In this document: positions 40,396 through 50,353 of the stretch, piece by piece | How the letters are laid out: every line of letters begins with the position of its first letter | How positions within the stretch are numbered: position 1 is the first letter of the stretch | Sequence record: NC_010821.1 | Length of the DNA stretch: 64,000 bases | Reading direction: 5' to 3' (one strand) | Translations under genes and position numbers: made by a program | Notes under the pieces: generated by a model | What the model saw: the letters and a program-made list of their open reading frames with translations, nothing else | Database searches by the model: none | Told to the model about the DNA's origin: nothing

Positions 40396-40788
40396 ATGAT
40401 TGATTACATCATCCGTGAATATGGCCCAGCTTTACAATACGCATTAAGTATGTTTAACGGTGACGCTGAGTTTAATATCCGAGCTCATTATCAGGATGCC
40501 TACTTTAAAGCTATCTTGATGACTGGTAATGATTTCCACAGTGACTCGGCTAATCAAACTAAGTTGTTCCGTAGACGACTAGTAGATGAAGATGGTAATG
40601 TGCATTCAACTAAAGGACGGTATGATGAATTGGTGGATGCATGTATCTTACATTTCAACAGCCAGATCATGGCAGTCCTTAGAGGTGTTCAGGAGCAAGC
40701 ACGACAAATTTATACTGTGGATGTTGTAGGTTATGAGAATAGAACCCTTAAGATCATACTTAAAACAGATGGAGCAATCCAACCATGA
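40396..40788 (+). CDS. Hypothetical protein
   Basis: Track start 40327 overlaps upstream gene; ATG 40396 is the non-overlapping option. Confidence 0.7.
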   Translation: MIDYIIREYGPALQYALSMFNGDAEFNIRAHYQDAYFKAILMTGNDFHSDSANQTKLFRRRLVDEDGNVHSTKGRYDELVDACILHFNSQIMAVLRGVQEQARQIYTVDVVGYENRTLKIILKTDGAIQP

Positions 40789-41615
40789 GCAATACACGTA
40801 ATATAGGTATGTTGATCCACCATGGTGAACTGGACCACATATTAACCAGTATGTCGGATTCATTGCGTAATGCGGCATACAAGGTAGCGACTGAAATCGC
40901 TCCCAAAGGCAGTCAGAAATACGACGAGTACTTTGATGAGGACGGTACTCTACGCGGGTATGATGTCGATACCAACAAAGCGTTGTTACGAGATTGTCTG
41001 GATCATTACGTTCAGTTTGCTAACTGTACTACCGATCGAACTGACTTCAACTATTATCTAGAGACCAACTTTCAATTAGTCCAGAACTACGTTAACCAAC
41101 GACCAGAGGTTATCTCTTATCTGACTAGCCTATTCGCAACAGCCTGTGGTATTCTTTCGAGCGTGTTGCAACCAGTGATTGAGAATATCTATTCCACTGG
41201 ACAGATGGTTGATAAGATCGAATCTTTCGTAACAGGACCTGAGAATACCTACTATCTTGTGTACGGCGAAGATATCGATAATGTCGAGACCTACGACGCA
41301 AAGGAAGATGACCTCAGTGACGTAGACGTAAGCCAGTCTCCTGAGGAACTCGCACGGCTTAAAGTAATTGAGGAACAACGTCGTCAACAAGAACGAGACG
41401 ATGCCGCTGAAGCTAATTATACAAAAGCGTTGCATGACCTACTGGGTACCAACGACGAAGTATGTGAAGCATTGCACAACAGCAAATACCTTGGTCCCGC
41501 TTCTGCGACATACCGTAAACATCTGTCAAACCCACACAACCTTACTATAGCGGACGCTTCACTCCCTGCTCAGCCGATGGGAGTGAACCTTGTCTGGCAG
41601 GCCCCTGGAATGTAA
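40785..41615 (+). CDS. Hypothetical protein (276 aa)
   Basis: ATGA-coupled; acidic coiled-coil C-terminal half. Confidence 0.8.
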   Translation: MSNTRNIGMLIHHGELDHILTSMSDSLRNAAYKVATEIAPKGSQKYDEYFDEDGTLRGYDVDTNKALLRDCLDHYVQFANCTTDRTDFNYYLETNFQLVQNYVNQRPEVISYLTSLFATACGILSSVLQPVIENIYSTGQMVDKIESFVTGPENTYYLVYGEDIDNVETYDAKEDDLSDVDVSQSPEELARLKVIEEQRRQQERDDAAEANYTKALHDLLGTNDEVCEALHNSKYLGPASATYRKHLSNPHNLTIADASLPAQPMGVNLVWQAPGM

Positions 41616-41620
41616 GCCAT

Positions 41621-42007
41621 ATGAACTTTCTAATAACCATGGATGCACAAGAGCATATTGCTCGGATGGCAACCAACTTCCGTCAAAAGCAAGAAGAAGA
41701 ATTAAACCTCCTGAAGGATTCACCGAACCAAGCAACCTATCTGGATATGCTCAGACTAAATGATCGGGGACTCGCATTACGTGGACTTCAAGAATACGTA
41801 TTGTTATTGATCAATGAGTATCATCGAGTTATGGATGATGATGACCTAATTGAGTCTATTGCTGATGGTACCATCGACCCAGACTTAGACGCCGTCATAA
41901 AAACAATCGCTTCGATCGAGGAAGCTGAACCATGGGCACAAGTACTCAGTATAGTACCGCTTGATTTCAATGGTACCATCGGTGCAGTAGTTACCAATAA
42001 GGGATAG
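41621..42007 (+). CDS. Hypothetical protein
   Basis: ORF track. Confidence 0.75.
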   Translation: MNFLITMDAQEHIARMATNFRQKQEEELNLLKDSPNQATYLDMLRLNDRGLALRGLQEYVLLLINEYHRVMDDDDLIESIADGTIDPDLDAVIKTIASIEEAEPWAQVLSIVPLDFNGTIGAVVTNKG

Positions 42008-42048
42008 TTTCCTAAAGATATGTATCCCTTAACTAATGGTAACGCTAC

Positions 42049-42453
42049 ATGGACATTCAAGAAATCCCACCTGGGACAGTAATCTCATTCGAGGTATATC
42101 CATCTTCTCAATACGGAAACAACTTTCAGTCGGTGACTCTGTTAGGTATGTTCAATGCGGCAATTGCCCGCAAGTTAGGCTTTGACTACATTGCCGCTAA
42201 CCAGAGCGTATACCAAACACTTCCATCGGGTACCCCAATTGATCCGACCCAATATAACTATTTCCAGATTCAATACCCGTCTGGGGAAACTGAGATTTTG
42301 GGAGCACCATGGATTCGTGCTGGTACGCTAACCATTAACTCCGGTAAGCGCCTAACTGTAGTTATCGACAACATCGATGAAACAGTCAAGGATCGAGTCA
42401 TTGCAGCCATTCTCGCACAGAACGTTAAACCAAGCTCGACTACATTTGTATGA
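42049..42453 (+). CDS. Conserved phiKZ-like protein (gp49-like)
   Basis: 134 aa; ISFEVYPSS.YG, DPTQYNYFQI and LGAPWI motifs; precedes DNA polymerase as in phiKZ. Confidence 0.7.
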   Translation: MDIQEIPPGTVISFEVYPSSQYGNNFQSVTLLGMFNAAIARKLGFDYIAANQSVYQTLPSGTPIDPTQYNYFQIQYPSGETEILGAPWIRAGTLTINSGKRLTVVIDNIDETVKDRVIAAILAQNVKPSSTTFV

Positions 42454-42459
42454 CTAGAT

Positions 42460-42479
42460 GCCTCTCCTTCGGGAGAGGC
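42460..42479 (+). terminator. Terminator
   Basis: GCCTCTCC-ttcg-GGAGAGGC then TATGTCGTTTT. Confidence 0.85.
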
Positions 42480-42503
42480 TCTATGTCGTTTTTTATTTTG
42501 TAC

Positions 42504-42531
42504 ATTAGAACGTTTCTAAAGCCTATATTAC
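42504..42531 (+). promoter_or_regulatory. Early promoter
   Basis: ATTAGAA at 42504 and TATATTAC at 42524. Confidence 0.8.
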
Positions 42532-42580
42532 TTTGGTGTAGTTGAGGTAGAAAATCCCTTCAATCTGTAGGAGTGATACC

Positions 42581-42904
42581 ATGCTTGTTAACAACTATCA
42601 AATCGGTGCTGCACTTACCGGCGTAGCCGCTCTGTCGAGTATCACCACGTATCTGTTCTTTCGGAACAAGGACACTGAGCCTAAGCCGAAGTTCAGACGT
42701 GCGGATATTCGTGCCTTCAAAGGTACGATGACCGAGCGCTACAAACAACTCGATCTGGTTGAGCTCGAAGCAACCAAACGTCAAATCCTGGTTCAGGGTA
42801 CCCACGATACCATCGATCGTGATATCCACCAGTTGTTTGACGAGGTCGATATTCCCGACCTGATCGAACACAACAATAAGCTGTTTTCGAAACACAGTCA
42901 CTAA
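42581..42904 (+). CDS. N-anchored membrane protein, monocistronic
   Basis: AGGAG SD; GAALTGVAALSSITTYLFF TM; has its own promoter and terminator. Confidence 0.8.
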   Translation: MLVNNYQIGAALTGVAALSSITTYLFFRNKDTEPKPKFRRADIRAFKGTMTERYKQLDLVELEATKRQILVQGTHDTIDRDIHQLFDEVDIPDLIEHNNKLFSKHSH

Positions 42905-42918
42905 AACGTTAAAATTAT

Positions 42919-42938
42919 GGGGTACCTTCGGGTACCCC
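42919..42938 (+). terminator. Intrinsic terminator
   Basis: GGGGTACC-ttcg-GGTACCCC followed by T6. Confidence 0.9.
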
Positions 42939-42997
42939 TTTTTTACCTTTTCTTTTTTATACTCGCCTCCCTTTAGTATGTATACTGGGAGACACAC

Positions 42998-45145
42998 ATG
43001 GAACAAACTAACCTTAAACCGAATCCGTTTTACCAAGATATTTCTGAATACACTCGTGAACTTGAGATCATTGACCCGATGCAACGCGACGCTGCCTTGT
43101 ATCTGGCAGCTATGACTGGTGATGACCTAGATAAATGCCTAGCATTCGTACAGGCTGAAACCAGCACTGGCGGACAGTTTGAGCTGACCGATCCAAAGAC
43201 CATGATTCTGGATAAGAACCGTCATGGTGACCGTGAGAAAAAGGTTGTAAAGTTTAGTCAGTACCTTGGACGTATCAAACAACATAAACTGTTGTTGTCT
43301 CCATCGATGACTGTATACATGCCTGAAGATGCTCGTCAGTCCACACACGCTAAATACATTGAAGAAGGCGTAGCTAACCGTAAACGAGTTAAGAAAGAAC
43401 AACTCCGGTTAGAAGGTGAAGGTACTGTTGAAGCAACCGAACTTGCCGCTGTCCGAAAGGGTGAACAAGAGAACTTCAAAATTAACAATAACTCCTACTC
43501 TGGAGCTACCGTTAGTCAGGCCACTATTCTTTATTACAAATCAACTCACTCGAGTTTGACCTCTACTTGCCGTACTGCAACCTCGTATGCCAACGCTAAC
43601 AACGAGAAGTTCATTATGGGTAACCGTCACTACTACGCGCTAGAAGTGACGAAAGCTAATATGCTCAGTATCGCTAACATTACTGACTTGAAGCTATTGA
43701 AAGAATGCATGGACCGTTTCAACATGCATTACCCAACTGCTGACGAAATTGTTGACATGGTTGTTTATTCGACTACTCACTATTTCCCTGCCGATATGGA
43801 TCAGATCCGCAAGTTGGCTGAAGGACTGGGTCCATTGAAACGTGCAGCGATTATGTACGTTGGTGATCTGTACCACACCTACAAACATAACCCTGAGTTG
43901 GTTCGTGGATTCTTGACTGAACTAAGTTCGTTGGGTACTCCTGATCAAATCGTTTCGAAAGAGACCTATGGTACTTACGATAGTGACATGCAACTATTGG
44001 CCAGCTTTATCTGTTTCGAATCTATTAAAGGTCGTAACAATGAAAAGCTCGCTGAGGAATCCCCAGAAGTATTTGATCTGATCTATGCCACGGGTAACAA
44101 CATCTCGCAAGTACTGAATAAGTACCTGTTGTTTATCAAGGCACTGTTCCTGACCAAGAACGTACCATCGAGTATCCATGCATTCCCTACAGCTTATCGT
44201 CGAGCAGCCGTGATCTCCGACACAGACTCGACTATGTTCACCATGCAGTACTGGGTTGAGGAATTCTTTGGTCGTATCTGCTTTACTCCTGAAGCTAAAC
44301 GGCTAGTGTTCGCATTGGTGTTCTTGGTATCTGAAGTAGTGATGCACATTCTAGCATTGCAGTCTACAGCAATGGGTGTAGCTGAGAAGAAGCTTCGTTT
44401 GCTGGCCATGAAGAACGAATACTACTTTGCCGTACTGAGCCTGACCACACGTTCGAAACATTACTATGCTTCGCAAGATGCATTGGAAGGTGTAATGTTC
44501 AACAAAGCGCGTATGGAGGTTAAGGGTGTAGGTCTTCGAGATTCTAAAGTACCACCTAGAATCAACAAAGCAGCTAAGAAAATGATGGACCACATCATCA
44601 CCCAGATCAAAGCGGAACAACCACTGGATCTACCTGCACTGCTTAAACAGATTGGTGACATTGAGCGTGACATCATCGAGTCGATCTTCAGCGGTAAAGC
44701 TGAATACTTGACTACGGGTAAAGTAAAACAACTGAACGCGTATAAGACTGAGTCTAACGCTACTTACGCTAAGTACAAGTTCTGGAAAGAAGTCTTTGAA
44801 CCTTCGTTCGGTTTCTTGGAAGCTCCACCTTATTCGTTTGTTAAGATCTCTGTGACCATTAACAACCGTACTCGTTTTGAGGCATGGGTTGATTCCATTG
44901 AAGATAAAGGCTTAGCGATGCGTTTGAAGAAATGGGCCTTGGACAACAACAAGAAAGGCATCACAAACTTCCACGTACCAATGTCTGTTGTTGAGAACCA
45001 CGGTATTCCAGAAGTAATCACTCGTGTAGCAAACGTGCGCACGGTAATCGCTAACACAATGGGTGCATTCTATTTGCTGATGGAATCCTTGGGGATCATG
45101 TTGATCGATAAGAAGAACACCCGTCTGATTTCAGACTTCTATTAA
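42998..45145 (+). CDS. Family-B DNA polymerase, polymerase subunit (phiKZ gp50-like, split enzyme)
   Basis: KINNNSYSG (motif B), AVISDTDS (motif C), KHY and EVKGV; no N-terminal 3'-5' exonuclease motifs seen. Confidence 0.9.
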   Translation: MEQTNLKPNPFYQDISEYTRELEIIDPMQRDAALYLAAMTGDDLDKCLAFVQAETSTGGQFELTDPKTMILDKNRHGDREKKVVKFSQYLGRIKQHKLLLSPSMTVYMPEDARQSTHAKYIEEGVANRKRVKKEQLRLEGEGTVEATELAAVRKGEQENFKINNNSYSGATVSQATILYYKSTHSSLTSTCRTATSYANANNEKFIMGNRHYYALEVTKANMLSIANITDLKLLKECMDRFNMHYPTADEIVDMVVYSTTHYFPADMDQIRKLAEGLGPLKRAAIMYVGDLYHTYKHNPELVRGFLTELSSLGTPDQIVSKETYGTYDSDMQLLASFICFESIKGRNNEKLAEESPEVFDLIYATGNNISQVLNKYLLFIKALFLTKNVPSSIHAFPTAYRRAAVISDTDSTMFTMQYWVEEFFGRICFTPEAKRLVFALVFLVSEVVMHILALQSTAMGVAEKKLRLLAMKNEYYFAVLSLTTRSKHYYASQDALEGVMFNKARMEVKGVGLRDSKVPPRINKAAKKMMDHIITQIKAEQPLDLPALLKQIGDIERDIIESIFSGKAEYLTTGKVKQLNAYKTESNATYAKYKFWKEVFEPSFGFLEAPPYSFVKISVTINNRTRFEAWVDSIEDKGLAMRLKKWALDNNKKGITNFHVPMSVVENHGIPEVITRVANVRTVIANTMGAFYLLMESLGIMLIDKKNTRLISDFY

Positions 45146-45164
45146 TTTAAGTCGAGGTACTATT

Positions 45165-45542
45165 ATGTCATACGAAGAAGAACTAGACCTTAAGATCGCT
45201 AAGTATTGCGATCCATACTACACGTTTGATTACATTACCCGTGATGAGATCGAACTGCTTAAGATCAAAGTAAAGAGCTATTTCCTGAATAATAAGCAAG
45301 ACCTTTTAGACATCCGTGTTGTAGGTAAGGTAAATGACTACCTAGCCGAATGCACGATTAGTCCATCTTACAGCAGTACTGCATTTAAGGTGACCGAGCT
45401 AGATGGTAAGTTTACGGTAAACGTAACTATCGACCCGCATGATCCAGATCCAGAGACTACCTTAAACTTCATCGCCAGTGAATTCAATCGAATGCAGCCA
45501 GACGTTGAAATCAAAGTGGTGCCCGCCGATGAAGACATTTGA
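45165..45542 (+). CDS. Hypothetical protein
   Basis: GAGG SD. Confidence 0.75.
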   Translation: MSYEEELDLKIAKYCDPYYTFDYITRDEIELLKIKVKSYFLNNKQDLLDIRVVGKVNDYLAECTISPSYSSTAFKVTELDGKFTVNVTIDPHDPDPETTLNFIASEFNRMQPDVEIKVVPADEDI

Positions 45543-45741
45543 AGAACAAATCAATGATCTGATTGAAGGCATCAAGATCGGCTATGGCAGTGATGATACC
45601 CATTGGGGTTCTATTGAGGCCACTGTAAGAGTTTTGGAATTCGTTCGTACATTGGGACCTGACCTAGTTGGCCTGAGTGAAGAAGATTTCGAAGGTTTAA
45701 TACTAAAAGCAATTAAGGGTGATATCAATGAAAACCTTTGA
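45529..45741 (+). CDS. Small acidic protein (tandem pair, copy 1)
   Basis: MKTFEEQINDL...IEATVRVLEFVR. Confidence 0.75.
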   Translation: MKTFEEQINDLIEGIKIGYGSDDTHWGSIEATVRVLEFVRTLGPDLVGLSEEDFEGLILKAIKGDINENL

Positions 45742-45919
45742 AGAAGATATCGACAAACTATGTGACCAGCTTGACGACTGTATCAGTGGTGTGGGTATTA
45801 ACATGGAGGCGATCGCCAAAACCGTTCGTCTCCTAGAATACCTACGTAATGAAGCCGTTAACCTCGAGTACACATCTGAAGCAAACATCCAAGCTTTGCT
45901 TCATGAGGTCATCAGTTAA
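45728..45919 (+). CDS. Small acidic protein (tandem pair, copy 2)
   Basis: MKTFEEDIDKL...IAKTVRLLEYLR. Confidence 0.75.
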   Translation: MKTFEEDIDKLCDQLDDCISGVGINMEAIAKTVRLLEYLRNEAVNLEYTSEANIQALLHEVIS

Positions 45920-45945
45920 TAGAATCGGTTTCAAGTTTATATCAT
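45918..45945 (+). promoter_or_regulatory. TATATCAT-variant promoter with upstream element
   Basis: AATAGAA at 45918, exactly 20 nt before TATATCAT at 45938. Confidence 0.7.
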
Positions 45946-45975
45946 GATTGGGATATCAACCAAAGGTACCCAATC

Positions 45976-46191
45976 ATGATTACTGTAATGTTTAAGCTGC
46001 CTGATGGTCCACCGACTACTGTGGTTGTAGCTGATCACGATGATCTGTTGGAACTGTGCCATGTACTCGAAGATGCACATGTAGTACAGTCGTACACCAT
46101 CAGTGAACCGCAGCGAGTTATACACACCGTTGAAGTATATGGCTGGCGAGACCACAGTTTCCCTAAATTCAAATACGAACTGGAATTCTGA
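45976..46191 (+). CDS. Hypothetical protein
   Basis: LE..HVVQSYTI, similar to 52263-52493. Confidence 0.7.
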   Translation: MITVMFKLPDGPPTTVVVADHDDLLELCHVLEDAHVVQSYTISEPQRVIHTVEVYGWRDHSFPKFKYELEF

Positions 46192-46193
46192 AC

Positions 46194-47978
46194 ATGAGTA
46201 CCGTAATCCCGAAAGATCTAACTGGACTTGTAAAGCATCCAACTAAACTAGATTGTTGGATTCCAGGTGAAGCCAGAAACGGTAAAAATCTCTGTATGGA
46301 AATTCCACTCGGTAAGAATATGGAATGCACTCTAGGTAAACCGGATCTTTCCAAGCTGACTCATAACCACCTGACCCAGATCCAGATGGAACTCTGGAAC
46401 AATCGTGGTGGTGGTCCAGAAGGTAAGATCATTAACTCGTTCTACGCAGGGGCCACTCCTGAGCAACTGATGTCGAGTGAAGAAGTACAGGACCATACTG
46501 ATGATCTCATCCATTATCTGGGTGATGCAAAGAGGGCGTCCGATTACATCGACCAACTCTTGCGTGATGTACGACACCACATCGTCGAAAAAGACATCAT
46601 GCCTTACGAGATGCCAGCTAACAATAAGTCGACCATGGAAGTATTCAATGAGATTTCGCTGGATTGGAAAACTCAGATCTATAACAATGTAGTCAAACGC
46701 TTCGGTGGTGAACCTTCGACTTACCTTCAGGGTATCACGAAAGACACCAATCTCCCAGAGATGGCGGTTGAAGAGTTTGCCAACGTCGTTATAAAAGAAC
46801 ATGACAACGACCCAAAGGTAGCTGCTGAGATACTGAAGGCGGCTATCACAGAACACATTACGATGATGTCGTCTGTAATGATTAATAACGCACTTAAAGA
46901 AAAAGGTCTGATGGGCCAAATCACCAAGGTAACGGATAACATGATCGAACAAGTAAACGCTAAAACTGAACTTAACGAACAAATCAAAGCAACTCTGGAT
47001 GATATCAGTCAGGTTACTATTGACTCCACTAAACATAAAGAAGTGGCTCCAACCGAAGATCAATTCCATAACCCTAAGCACGTCAAGTTCGACGACAAGG
47101 GTAACGTGATTCGTAAGAAGAAAGGTAAGCGTAAATCCCAACACATCCCTAACATGAAAAACAAATCTGTTAAGCGTGCTCTGGGTGCTTCGATCCTTCA
47201 CATGCTAGGCGATGTTCAACGTAAGACTCAGGATGCCAACAAGCGTGAACTGCTGAAAGCTCTGCCATTGGCTGACGTAGTTGAAATGGCAACTGGCGAT
47301 AAGCTGCCAGATTACCAAGCCAACCTGCTGAACGCTATGCAGGCTAAGGCTGATCCAACTGCTCCGATCGTTGAACGCATGGCCAAAACCAGCGAACCTG
47401 ATCCATACGAAAAGCTCCTTGATGAAACCGTCTCTAAGTATATCTCACGAGATCTACTACCTGCTGAAATCAGTGACGAACAAGCTATTGAAATAATCGC
47501 TTCCGTTAAAAAATCATTCCTAGATAATCATAAATTGCCAACTCCTGAAAGTATCTGGATTGCCGATGGTATTGTGCATAGCGATTTCAGTAAAGGTACC
47601 GATTATATTCCAGTTAGTGTTGACTTCACTGGTGAAAAGGTACGCGATCTATACGTGAATGTTGAAGATCAAAAGTACTTCTTGCATTACGAGTGGTTCA
47701 CTGAATACGCAGCTGACCATATGGGTACCACTATCGCATTCATTCAAGATCGATTGGATGTTAAATATTGGGATGGCCTAAAGGCCGCGGTTATCGAATC
47801 GGTAACTGACCTTTACCCTAGCTGGAAAGCTGAGTTTACTAACGAAGAAATCCATTCCCTGATCTATAAAGTCGTTACCGGCTACACCGTAGGTTTTGTT
47901 CAAGGTCTGGTTGATACCGAGCATAAACTGCGTGCCAGCATTAATGCAGAAACTGTAACTGCTGCTGATCTCGGCTAA
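46194..47978 (+). CDS. Large hypothetical protein (594 aa)
   Basis: Mostly helical; Lys-rich patch IRKKKGKRKS; no family recognised. Confidence 0.85.
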   Translation: MSTVIPKDLTGLVKHPTKLDCWIPGEARNGKNLCMEIPLGKNMECTLGKPDLSKLTHNHLTQIQMELWNNRGGGPEGKIINSFYAGATPEQLMSSEEVQDHTDDLIHYLGDAKRASDYIDQLLRDVRHHIVEKDIMPYEMPANNKSTMEVFNEISLDWKTQIYNNVVKRFGGEPSTYLQGITKDTNLPEMAVEEFANVVIKEHDNDPKVAAEILKAAITEHITMMSSVMINNALKEKGLMGQITKVTDNMIEQVNAKTELNEQIKATLDDISQVTIDSTKHKEVAPTEDQFHNPKHVKFDDKGNVIRKKKGKRKSQHIPNMKNKSVKRALGASILHMLGDVQRKTQDANKRELLKALPLADVVEMATGDKLPDYQANLLNAMQAKADPTAPIVERMAKTSEPDPYEKLLDETVSKYISRDLLPAEISDEQAIEIIASVKKSFLDNHKLPTPESIWIADGIVHSDFSKGTDYIPVSVDFTGEKVRDLYVNVEDQKYFLHYEWFTEYAADHMGTTIAFIQDRLDVKYWDGLKAAVIESVTDLYPSWKAEFTNEEIHSLIYKVVTGYTVGFVQGLVDTEHKLRASINAETVTAADLG

Positions 47979-47983
47979 TTATA

Positions 47984-48004
47984 GTCCCCTCCTTCGGGAG
48001 GGGC
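47984..48004 (+). terminator. Terminator
   Basis: CCCCTCC-ttcg-GGAGGGG then CTTTATTCCG. Confidence 0.85.
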
Positions 48005-48025
48005 TTTATTCCGCAAAGGTGTCCT

Positions 48026-48466
48026 ATGGAACAACGTTCAATTCGCAGCCTTATCGCTAACCTGAAGCGTCACTATAACCTGATGGGTGAAGAGATCCTT
48101 GCCTGTTACGACACAGCTGTAAATGGCTTGTGGAGTCTTACAGAGGTTAAGTATCCGACCGTTTCGGTAAGTCCATCTAACTGGAAGAAGCTTGCTGATA
48201 AACTGGATCTCGATGCACAGGTAAAACATCCGGGTAGTAACGTACCATGCCTGTTGTTGTTTAACGGGCTCTACGTTCGGTCAGAAGCCCGTGTAGCCGA
48301 TTGCCATGTACTCTGGGTATCGACTCTGGGTTGTTATTGCCCGACCTCTCAGTACCTTGTGGACAGTATGCAACGAGTGGTAATGTCATCTAAGTCTACC
48401 AAGAAACAAATCGAGTATGCCAACAGGGTGCTCAATGCGATTAACAAACGTTTGGAGAAAGTATGA
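48026..48466 (+). CDS. Hypothetical protein
   Basis: AAAGG SD. Confidence 0.75.
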   Translation: MEQRSIRSLIANLKRHYNLMGEEILACYDTAVNGLWSLTEVKYPTVSVSPSNWKKLADKLDLDAQVKHPGSNVPCLLLFNGLYVRSEARVADCHVLWVSTLGCYCPTSQYLVDSMQRVVMSSKSTKKQIEYANRVLNAINKRLEKV

Positions 48467-48765
48467 CACAGTTATCTATCTGGCGTCTTAGTCTCAAGTC
48501 TTTGGTGAATGGTGGAAGGCGTGGTGGTATACACGTGATCGTCGTGGTCGCTGAAAATGAAGCAGTGGCACGTACCCTGGCTTCGGAGTGCTCCACGAGT
48601 GACCACGGTCATCATCAGATACTCCAACAATACCTCGATCCAGCGAAGACCCACTGTAAGTTAATCGGCTACGCTTTACCTGAATCAGCTGAAGGTGTGA
48701 TGGCAGTCGATTACGACTATGATTATGACCACGTTAAATACACATGGGTGAAGGATGATAATTAA
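48463..48765 (+). CDS. Paralogue family C member
   Basis: VIVVVAENEAVAR...KLIGYA. Confidence 0.75.
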   Translation: MTQLSIWRLSLKSLVNGGRRGGIHVIVVVAENEAVARTLASECSTSDHGHHQILQQYLDPAKTHCKLIGYALPESAEGVMAVDYDYDYDHVKYTWVKDDN

Positions 48766-48956
48766 TGACTAAACCATTTTGTGAGTTCCTACAGGAAGCT
48801 ACCAACCAACGTAAAACAGCTAAGGCTATTATTAAGGATACAATCACTCCAGAAGAACTCGATGCGATCCAGCGTCGCGCTAACTTCGAACAAACATACA
48901 TGGTTAACATTAACTACGGTCGTATGGGGAGTAAAGACAATGCACCTGCACGCTAA
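48765..48956 (+). CDS. Hypothetical protein
   Basis: TAATG-coupled. Confidence 0.65.
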   Translation: MTKPFCEFLQEATNQRKTAKAIIKDTITPEELDAIQRRANFEQTYMVNINYGRMGSKDNAPAR

Positions 48957-49110
48957 CGAGCTGAATACCATTCGTGGTAACCTACGTGACTTCGTTGTCC
49001 GTAATAAAATCACATTCATTCTACCTAAGGCGACACCTCTACCTGAGGGTGAAACTAACAGCGCGAAGATTCGTGTGATTGATTACATCAGCTTACTGGA
49101 TAAACGCTAA
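48940..49110 (+). CDS. 56-aa hypothetical protein
   Basis: GGAG SD before ATG 48940. Confidence 0.65.
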   Translation: MHLHANELNTIRGNLRDFVVRNKITFILPKATPLPEGETNSAKIRVIDYISLLDKR

Positions 49111-49475
49111 TGTGGAATAAACCTCTGGAAGTTTCGGATCAACCTAAACCAGAACCGGCTCCTTATACTCCTCCAGAACGTAAGGTATTAAAGCCGGAAG
49201 ATACATCGATCACCTTTATTCGTAATGAACGCAAGGATATCGACTACTCCGGGTACCGTGCGTATCTGTTCCACTTCGCTCATCGTACCGAGGTAGGTGA
49301 TAAAGAAATTTATCACGCTATTATCTCAGCAGCTACTATGGATGAAGCTATTGCTATCTTCGTAGCTGACTGCGTACGTGACGAAGAGTCTTATGTTGAC
49401 GCCATCTACGAAGTTGAAATTATCGGTATCGATCTCAAAACAGATCGTGATTCCCATTGGGTAATGGAGGTTTAA
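49110..49475 (+). CDS. Paralogue family C member
   Basis: AIISAATMDEAI...VEIIGID. Confidence 0.8.
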   Translation: MWNKPLEVSDQPKPEPAPYTPPERKVLKPEDTSITFIRNERKDIDYSGYRAYLFHFAHRTEVGDKEIYHAIISAATMDEAIAIFVADCVRDEESYVDAIYEVEIIGIDLKTDRDSHWVMEV

Positions 49476-49825
49476 TGAACATCGTAATGACCTGTGAAAA
49501 AGAATTCCATCCAGGTGTAATGATCGACCGTCAAGTCGAGTTGGATGAAACCCTTAAGGTCGTGGGCGCTGGCGGCAACTATATCTGGCAAGTTGAAGCC
49601 GATCTGATTGACGACAGTGAATACGATAACGGTTTCCAATACGACACGTACGTCGGCTTCGTTATTGCGGCCCCTGATCCTGCTACCGTTTGGAAGCTTA
49701 TGTCGGAGCGGACTAACTTGGGTGATTGCGATTATGACAATTACAAATGGAAAATGCGTGTAATCGGTATTGACATTACTGGTGATGGTAAACGTATCAT
49801 CCAATCGGATCGTAAGGTGGGGTAA
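49475..49825 (+). CDS. Paralogue family C member
   Basis: FVIAAPDPATVW...MRVIGID; GGAGG SD. Confidence 0.8.
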   Translation: MNIVMTCEKEFHPGVMIDRQVELDETLKVVGAGGNYIWQVEADLIDDSEYDNGFQYDTYVGFVIAAPDPATVWKLMSERTNLGDCDYDNYKWKMRVIGIDITGDGKRIIQSDRKVG

Positions 49826-49828
49826 GTT

Positions 49829-50002
49829 ATGAGCAGTGAAGTACAGGGTAGTTTGTGGGAGATCTATCAGGATATCGGTCGTAGCGACGCTAGCAAAGAA
49901 ATGACCGATACTCAAAAAGTACAGTTGGTTAAAGATCTTCGTGATACTGCGGATAAACTGGAAGCTAGCATATTGAAGGACAAAGGGGAAAATCATGGAT
50001 AA
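49829..50002 (+). CDS. 57-aa hypothetical protein
   Basis: Manual translation MSSEVQGSLWEIYQDIG...DKGENHG; fills the gap. Confidence 0.65.
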   Translation: MSSEVQGSLWEIYQDIGRSDASKEMTDTQKVQLVKDLRDTADKLEASILKDKGENHG

Positions 50003-50330
50003 TGAATACATGATTCGTGGCGGGGATATGGTCCACATTAGTCAAGTTGGATCGACCCCGTCATTTAATAAAGACGGCCTCTCAATGCTTTGGCACATTA
50101 AAAACGTTGAGCCTTCTACCGATGAATATGATGACGATTATGGTTTTGTACCAACTGGTCGTGATAAAGTTTTCATTGTATCGGCAGAGACGTATAATGC
50201 AGCTGTCCAACTACATTTGAGTAATATGGGTATGGAACATCATGAATACGCTGGTAGTCAGTGGACCATTGAATACATTGGTATTGATCAACGCGATGAT
50301 CAAACCAGTAAGTTCATTCTCTGTGCATGA
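49995..50330 (+). CDS. Paralogue family C member
   Basis: FIVSAETYNAAV...IEYIGID. Confidence 0.8.
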   Translation: MDNEYMIRGGDMVHISQVGSTPSFNKDGLSMLWHIKNVEPSTDEYDDDYGFVPTGRDKVFIVSAETYNAAVQLHLSNMGMEHHEYAGSQWTIEYIGIDQRDDQTSKFILCA

Positions 50331-50353
50331 CTAATTAACCATTGGAGAAACAA

